Assembly (NCBI GenBank): GCA_025054515.1
Contig: JANWZT010000017.1
Coordinates: 1-13,890 of the forward strand
Reading direction: 5' to 3'
DNA length: 13,890 nt
Source of the DNA: Candidatus Caldarchaeum sp.
GTDB taxonomy: Archaea; Thermoproteota; Nitrososphaeria_A; Caldarchaeales; Caldarchaeaceae
Positions within the stretch are counted from its first letter, which is position 1. Every line of letters starts with the position of its first letter. Of this stretch, positions 6,492 to 11,058 are shown one piece after another. The position numbers were made by a program, and so were the translations under genes. The notes beneath the pieces were generated by a model. It was not told where the DNA came from, did no database searches, and was given only the letters and a program-made list of their open reading frames with translations.

Positions 6492-7631
6492 ATGCCGGTA
6501 TTCGTCGACAGAGCGAAACTAAGCTCGTCACATCTACCAAACAAGCTGATCCACAGAGAAAAAGAAAAGCAACTTCTTACCAACTTAATTCTCTCGGGAG
6601 TGGAGAGGAGTTCCGACTCTTTTGTCGCGAAAGCCGTCATCATAGGCGGCGTCGGAGCTGGTAAGACAACTCTCTGCCTCATGGTTGGCCGGGAAATCGA
6701 ACGAACCCATAAAGAAACGAAGCACCTCTACGTCAACCTCCGAAGGTTTTCAACCAGCAGAGTAAGCATCTACAGACACATCGTCAAAACCATATCCCCA
6801 GAGGCCTACAGCCCGTCGCTTTCCGCCGAAGAACTACTCGAAAACCTCCTTCTGTCTTTGAAACAATCGCGGGAAAAATTATTCGTCACATTTGACGACG
6901 CTGACTACCACGTGTCAGCGTCAAAAGGCCGCGAAACAATCATCTACGAATTCACCCGCCTCCACGAAATCTCCGACACAAGGCCCATCAACGTCGTCGC
7001 GGTCGTATTCGTCTTCAGAGACCAAAGCTACGGCAAACTGCTGGACAGACCCGAAATCAGCTCTCTCGGAGCGAACGTTGTGAGCCTGCCGCCGTACAAT
7101 AAGCAACAGATATTTGACATCATCAGCGAAAGAGCCGATGAAGCATTTCGAAAAGGAGCTGTCTCTCACGACGTCCTTGAATTTGTTGCGGAGATAGTTT
7201 CCGAACCACCCTACAGCGGCGACGTGAGGTTTGCTCTTGACCTGCTTCTCTATGCGGGTAACATAGCAGAAAGCAGGGGCCTTGACGTGGTCAAAATCGA
7301 CGACGTAAGAAGAGCCGTCTCCGAGTCAAGTTATTCTTTTTCAGTAGCGGAGCTGGCTGAACTGCCGGAGAGGATGAAAGCTGTTCTGCTTTCTGTCGCT
7401 AAATCCGTCCTTCGGATGAACACGTCTTCGGCGGCGGTTGCCGAGGTGAGGAAAACTTATGAAATGTTCTGTGAAATCCACGGTCTTCCGGGATCGGGGT
7501 TTGAAAAGGCTCTCAAACAGTTGGCGCTGCTCGGATACGTTAGGATGCTCGACGGCGGCAACGTCGAACTTTTACGGGTCGACGCGAGAAGGCTGATCGA
7601 AGTTCTGGGAAAACTGCTCAAAAACGGATGA
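6492..7631 (+). CDS. Orc1/Cdc6-family AAA+ protein (ORC1-type DNA replication protein paralogue)
   Basis: 379 aa. The N-terminal LPNKLIHREKEKQLL is the initiator-family RE.E motif. Walker A is GGVGAGKTT (aa 52-60) and Walker B is FVTFDDADY (aa 131-139). The sensor-2 region is GDVRFALDLLLYAGNIAES. A C-terminal winged-helix segment reads ELPERMKAVLLSVAK...LGYVRM. Confidence 0.85.
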   Translation: MPVFVDRAKLSSSHLPNKLIHREKEKQLLTNLILSGVERSSDSFVAKAVIIGGVGAGKTTLCLMVGREIERTHKETKHLYVNLRRFSTSRVSIYRHIVKTISPEAYSPSLSAEELLENLLLSLKQSREKLFVTFDDADYHVSASKGRETIIYEFTRLHEISDTRPINVVAVVFVFRDQSYGKLLDRPEISSLGANVVSLPPYNKQQIFDIISERADEAFRKGAVSHDVLEFVAEIVSEPPYSGDVRFALDLLLYAGNIAESRGLDVVKIDDVRRAVSESSYSFSVAELAELPERMKAVLLSVAKSVLRMNTSSAAVAEVRKTYEMFCEIHGLPGSGFEKALKQLALLGYVRMLDGGNVELLRVDARRLIEVLGKLLKNG

Positions 7632-7637
7632 TGGACG

Positions 7638-7916
7638 TTGCCAAGGCCCGAACACATCGTCGAAAAAGCCCTCAAAACCTACCAACACATCAGAGTGGTC
7701 AAAACACTCGCTTCAACAACCCAGCCAATATCAAAATACCAGATATCCAAAACAACCGGAATAAGCCCATCAACAGTATCAAAAATTCTCAGCGACTTGA
7801 TGACAAACGATTGGACAAAGGAGACAACGTTCAAGCCAGTCAAATATTATCTCAACCAAAACAACCCCGCAGTCAGAAAATTCCTAGAATTTTTGCACGA
7901 AACAAGCTACCTTTAA
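7638..7916 (+). CDS. Small winged helix-turn-helix DNA-binding protein (92 aa, ArsR/MarR/TrmB-like fold)
   Basis: The HTH-like core is PISKYQISKTTGISPSTVSKILSDLMTNDW, followed by a wing-like KPVKYYLN. A TTG start lies 6 nt after the Orc1/Cdc6 stop. I prefer this over the overlapping 7628..7981 frame, which is low-complexity and runs through the tRNA. Confidence 0.6.
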   Translation: MPRPEHIVEKALKTYQHIRVVKTLASTTQPISKYQISKTTGISPSTVSKILSDLMTNDWTKETTFKPVKYYLNQNNPAVRKFLEFLHETSYL

Positions 7917-7957
7917 CGGGAAAACATAAAATTTCACAAAACCAAGACGAGCATGGG

Positions 7958-8032
7958 GCCCTGGTAGCTCAGCCCGGTTAGAGCGGCCGCCTCGTAAGCG
8001 GCAGGTCGAGGGTTCAAAGCCCTCCCAGGGCT
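7958..8032 (+). tRNA. tRNA-Thr (anticodon CGU), intron-less
   Basis: The sequence reads GCCCTGG TA GCTC AGCCCGGTTA GAGC G GCCGC CTCGTAA GCGGC AGGTC GAGGG TTCAAAG CCCTC CCAGGGC T, 75 nt. All stems are Watson-Crick and the discriminator is U. An A/T-rich ATAAAATT box lies about 28 nt upstream (7926-7933). The 3' end overlaps the hisC stop codon by 2 nt. Confidence 0.9.
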
Positions 8033-9131
8033 AACCACGTTCGAAAATCTTCGTTAAGACGCGGATGAGCCGGTTGTTCTGCCGAGGTGTGGCGACCGTT
8101 ATCCTCAAGGCGTTGGGAATTACGGCTGAAATGTCTCGGACGACGATTCCGTAGCTCATCAGTTTTTGATGAACTTCTTCTGCTTGTCTATCGTGAAGTT
8201 TGATGAGAAGAAAGTTGGCTTGAGATTCGACGACCTCGATGTTGTTGAACTTGGATAATTTTTTCGCCAGTCGTTTTCTTTCGGAGACGACTTGTGCAGC
8301 CCATTTCCTAACTTGTTTCGCGTTTTTCAAAGCTGTTTGAGCCAGTTCCAGCGATATAACGCTCAAGCTGTTGGGAGGCCTAACTTTGTTGAGCGTCGTG
8401 ATAGTTTCTTTGGCCGCAAGGCTGTAACCTACTCGGGCCCCGGCCAAAGAGAAAGCCTTGGAAAGAGTTCTTACAACGATTAGGTTTGGGTAGGATGAAA
8501 CGAGGTTGGTGCATGTTTGGCCGCTGTATTCGTAGTAGGCTTCGTCGACGACGACGGGGCATTCGACGTTTTCGACGATTTTTTTGATGTCTTCGGTTTT
8601 CAGGAGGTTTCCCGTCGGGTTGTTGGGGCTGCAGAGGAAAATCAAACCCGTTGTTTTGTCGGCGGCTTGGATGATGGCTTCAACGTCGTCGCCGTAGTCG
8701 GGCTTTCTCGGAACTTTCTCCACTTGTGCGCCCATGATTTCTGAGCAGACGCGGAAATAGGAGTAGGTGGGGTGGCTTATCACCGCTTTCCGGCCTTTCT
8801 CGAGGAAAGCCTGTGCAGCGATCATAAGGCATTCGTCGCCACCGTTGCCGACAAGTATTTCGTCGACGTCTCTGCCGGTGTATTCGCTGACTGCTTGCCG
8901 GAAGCTAAGATATGAAGTGTCCGGGTAGAGGTTGACGGAAATGTTGGGTAGTTTCTTGGCGAGGATATTCAGCCATTTTTTCGGCACATATGGTGACGTG
9001 TTCAAATCCATCCTCACAACATCTTCAACGCGGAGGCCATATCTTTCAGCGATTTCACGGCTCGAAATCTCCCATGAATAGGGAACAAAGCCGTCGAGGC
9101 CGCTGCGCAGCGAAACCATAGACAGCATCAT
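8031..9131 (-). CDS. hisC: Histidinol-phosphate aminotransferase (class II PLP aminotransferase)
   Basis: Family motifs are LNTSPY, ILVGNGGDECL, CSPNNPTGN, and the PLP-lysine region RTLSKAFSLAGARVGY. The start is ambiguous among TTG 9140 (ORF track), ATG 9131/9128 and ATG 9119. A TATA-like TTATTTAA on the minus strand at 9147-9154 favours one of the ATGs, with 9119 giving MVSLRSGLDGFVPY. Confidence 0.85.
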   Translation of the reverse strand: MMLSMVSLRSGLDGFVPYSWEISSREIAERYGLRVEDVVRMDLNTSPYVPKKWLNILAKKLPNISVNLYPDTSYLSFRQAVSEYTGRDVDEILVGNGGDECLMIAAQAFLEKGRKAVISHPTYSYFRVCSEIMGAQVEKVPRKPDYGDDVEAIIQAADKTTGLIFLCSPNNPTGNLLKTEDIKKIVENVECPVVVDEAYYEYSGQTCTNLVSSYPNLIVVRTLSKAFSLAGARVGYSLAAKETITTLNKVRPPNSLSVISLELAQTALKNAKQVRKWAAQVVSERKRLAKKLSKFNNIEVVESQANFLLIKLHDRQAEEVHQKLMSYGIVVRDISAVIPNALRITVATPRQNNRLIRVLTKIFERG

Positions 9132-9155
9132 CCGAAACAACCGAAGTTAAATAAC

Positions 9156-9173
9156 TTAACGAACTTTCGTTAA
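9156..9173. promoter_or_regulatory. Perfect 8-bp inverted repeat (TTAACGAA-ct-TTCGTTAA) upstream of hisC
   Basis: TTAACGAA (9156-9163) is the exact reverse complement of TTCGTTAA (9166-9173). It lies just upstream of the putative hisC TATA element, between hisC and the tRNA-Lys promoter. Operator function is inferred only. Confidence 0.25.
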
Positions 9174-9184
9174 CGGCTGAAGGA

Positions 9185-9192
9185 TTTAAATA
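9185..9192 (+). promoter_or_regulatory. TATA box (TTTAAATA) of the tRNA-Lys gene
   Basis: This is a near-consensus archaeal TATA octamer. It is centred 26-27 nt upstream of the first tRNA nucleotide (9215) and preceded by the purine-rich GAAGGA in the BRE position. Confidence 0.6.
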
Positions 9193-9214
9193 CAGAGCAG
9201 CAGCTAACCCGGTT

Positions 9215-9343
9215 GGGCCCGTAGCTCAGCCAGGACAGAGCACCGGAGGACGAAACGAAGGACACAACGGCCTTGGATGTCTTTCCAGTCGTCCGGTGAA
9301 GCTTTTAACCCGGGGGCCGCGGGTTCAAATCCCGCCGGGCCCG
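9215..9343 (+). tRNA. tRNA-Lys (anticodon UUU) with a 54-nt intron at a non-canonical position (about 30/31, inside the anticodon stem)
   Basis: Exons read GGGCCCG TA GCTC AGCCAGGACA GAGC A CCGG[54 nt]G CTTTTAA CCCGG GGGCC GCGGG TTCAAAT CCCGC CGGGCCC G. The mature tRNA is 75 nt. All stems are Watson-Crick once the intron is removed, and the discriminator is G. Confidence 0.8.
9247..9300 (+). other. tRNA-Lys(UUU) intron with bulge-helix-bulge motif
   Basis: The central 4-bp helix is CACC (9241-9244, exon 1) with GGTG (9294-9297, intron). The 3-nt bulges are GGA and AAG. The inner helix is GGACG/CGTCC, with a further GAAGGACA/TGTCTTTC hairpin. Cutting after the second bulge nucleotide on both sides restores the anticodon stem CCGGG/CCCGG. 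Confidence 0.75.
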
Positions 9344-9388
9344 ATGAATTCGGAATAACCTTAACAGACAATTTTTCGCCATACTGGC

Positions 9389-10504
9389 ATGGTTTCGCGT
9401 AGGATATTTCTCACGGGTTTGGCGGGTGCGGCTGCGACAGCGGCTGCCGCCTATATGTTCTTTCTTCAACCAAAGACAACCATATCGTCTTCTGAGCCGG
9501 AAGTAGAGGTGGTGGCGCGGAAGTTGAATGTACCGTGGTCGATGACATTCCTAAACAACGACGAAGCCGTATTCACTGAAAGAAACGGAGCTCTCAACCT
9601 TCTCTCCTTGAGTAGCGGCCGTGTCGAAAACGTGGCGCAGCTTGACGTCACCGCCGTTGGTGAAGGTGGATTACTCGGTGTCGAGCATCTCCCGTCGGGC
9701 AAAAACCAGATGCTTTTCCTATACTACACCTACAGCGAGCAAGGCATGATTTACAACAAGGTGGTGAGGGCGAAGCTGTCGGGAGGACTCGACGACGTCG
9801 TCGAAATAATCAGCAGAATTCCGGGCGGGCGAATACATAACGGAGGCCGGATAAAGATAGGGCCCGACAAACACCTTTACATCACAACCGGTGAAGCGGG
9901 AGACACAAACCTCTCCCAGCGGACGGATTCACTTGGCGGAAAAATCCTCCGCATCACCACAGACGGAAAAATTCCCGTCGACAATCCATTCCAAAACCCG
10001 GTCTACGCCTACGGGCTGCGTAACCCCCAAGGCATCGCATGGCATCCGGAAAACGGCCGCCTTTATTCGACCGACCACGGCCCGAGCGGAGAGGGGCTGC
10101 GGAGGGCCCACGACGAGGTGAATCTGATTCGGCCGGGTAAAAACTATGGATGGCCTTTTGTCATCGGCGACGAAGAACGGCCGGGCATGAAAAAACCCGT
10201 CTACCACAGCGGCACGGAAACTTGGGCCCCATCAGGATGCTGTTTCTATTCAGGCCGGCGCAACAACGACTACGGGAATTCATTCTTCTTCGCCTGTCTG
10301 AGGGGCAGCCACCTCCATCGTGTTGTCTTCGGCGCCGACGGAGAAAGTGTTGCGACGGCGCAAAAGCTTTTCCAAGATAGGTTCGGAAGGCTAAGGGATG
10401 TGGTTGAAGGACCAGACGGAGCCCTCTACCTATTGACGAGCAACAGAGACGGCAGGGGAACACCGGTGGCCGAAGACGACCGAATCATCAGAATCATCTT
10501 TTAG
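9389..10504 (+). CDS. PQQ-dependent sugar dehydrogenase (soluble aldose/glucose/sorbosone dehydrogenase family) with a Tat-type signal peptide
   Basis: 371 aa. Family motifs are GGLLGV, HNGGRIKIGPDKHLYITTGE, GKILRITTDGKIPVDNPF, YAYGLRNPQGIAWHP and LIRPGKNYGWP. The N-terminus MVSRRIFLTGLAGAAATAAAAYMFF has the twin-arginine consensus S-R-R-x-F-L followed by a hydrophobic stretch. Confidence 0.85.
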   Translation: MVSRRIFLTGLAGAAATAAAAYMFFLQPKTTISSSEPEVEVVARKLNVPWSMTFLNNDEAVFTERNGALNLLSLSSGRVENVAQLDVTAVGEGGLLGVEHLPSGKNQMLFLYYTYSEQGMIYNKVVRAKLSGGLDDVVEIISRIPGGRIHNGGRIKIGPDKHLYITTGEAGDTNLSQRTDSLGGKILRITTDGKIPVDNPFQNPVYAYGLRNPQGIAWHPENGRLYSTDHGPSGEGLRRAHDEVNLIRPGKNYGWPFVIGDEERPGMKKPVYHSGTETWAPSGCCFYSGRRNNDYGNSFFFACLRGSHLHRVVFGADGESVATAQKLFQDRFGRLRDVVEGPDGALYLLTSNRDGRGTPVAEDDRIIRIIF

Positions 10505-10751
10505 ACGATCTTTCCTTTACGCAGAGGGTCCAGTACGTAAGCGGGTCGGTATCACCGTGCGGCGACGCCCCCGAGATGTAATATTCATCGAGCTCGTCCG
10601 CAAGCTTCTCGACCTCCTCGGGGGTGAGGTTGATTTCTTTACGTAGCTGTTCAGCTTCTTTGGAGAGCTTCTCTACCTCAGCGTCGAGCATCACGTCTCG
10701 ATAAAACCTGATACGGTTTACCAGCGAATACAGCTTCTCGACCTTGTCCAT
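10494..10751 (-). CDS. Hypothetical acidic, probably coiled-coil protein (85 aa from the ATG; 96 aa if the TTG at 10784 is used)
   Basis: The sequence is MDKVEKLYSLVNRIRFYRDVMLDAEVEKLSKEAEQLRKEINLTPEEVEKLADELDEYYISG... A GAGGAGG Shine-Dalgarno-like element lies about 11 nt upstream of the ATG. It sits downstream of, and on the same strand as, the 70-aa ORF. Its 3' end overlaps the convergent dehydrogenase gene by 11 nt. I recognise no family. Confidence 0.5.
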   Translation of the reverse strand: MDKVEKLYSLVNRIRFYRDVMLDAEVEKLSKEAEQLRKEINLTPEEVEKLADELDEYYISGASPHGDTDPLTYWTLCVKERSSKR

Positions 10752-10785
10752 CAATCCGGCGGCCTCCTCTTCAGCGCCACTCAAT

Positions 10786-10998
10786 CTACCTCAACCCAAA
10801 CCCTACGATCGAATAGCTTTTTGAGTCGATTAAAAATGTAAACCGTCTCATCCTGCTGTCCCGAAATGCCTTAAAATTGCCCGAAACCTCTATGATGTTT
10901 CCCTTCTTGTAAATTCGTGAAATCTCGTATTCGACTTCACCGTACCGCGTTTCGAAAAAATTCTTCACCACTTCAGCGACTTTTCCTTCGTCAGACAA
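10786..10998 (-). CDS. Hypothetical small protein (70 aa)
   Basis: The sequence is MSDEGKVAEVVKNFFETRYGEVEYEISRIYKKGNIIEVSGNFKAFRDSRMRRFTFLIDSKSYSIVGFGLR. Composition is balanced and beta-rich in appearance. A TTG start (alternative GTG at 10971) lies about 26 nt from the palindromic A/T box. Its stop is 1 nt before the TTG of the next ORF. I recognise no family. Confidence 0.5.
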   Translation of the reverse strand: MSDEGKVAEVVKNFFETRYGEVEYEISRIYKKGNIIEVSGNFKAFRDSRMRRFTFLIDSKSYSIVGFGLR

Positions 10999-11020
10999 CC
11001 CAAAAGTGGGAATGCTTTTC

Positions 11021-11037
11021 GGTTAAAACTTTTAACC
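11021..11037. promoter_or_regulatory. Palindromic bidirectional TATA-like element (GGTTAAAA-c-TTTTAACC) between the 70-aa gene and the aminopeptidase gene
   Basis: This is a perfect 8-bp inverted repeat. Each half presents a TTTTAA/TTAAAA box about 25-26 nt from the respective start codon (10998 on the minus strand, 11059 on the plus strand). That implies nearly leaderless divergent transcripts or a dimeric regulator site. Confidence 0.35.
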
Positions 11038-11058
11038 CGAAAAAACTACATTCAGCTA

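Noticed and set aside
6444-7957. Replication origin next to orc1/cdc6
   Set aside because: The flanking non-coding DNA is only about 48 and 40 nt. There are no repeated ORB-like elements and no extended A/T-rich unwinding region. Only a single 7-bp inverted repeat is present.
7628-7981. 117-aa ORF overlapping the wHTH gene in another frame
   Set aside because: The translation is low-complexity and N/Q/K/P-rich, and it reads straight through the tRNA-Thr(CGU) gene. The alternative frame gives a coherent helix-turn-helix protein.
6140-8032. Integrated mobile element at tRNA-Thr (Orc1-like ATPase plus wHTH next to a tRNA)
   Set aside because: There is no integrase, no partial duplicate of the tRNA 3' half that could serve as an att site anywhere in the window, and no visible compositional shift.
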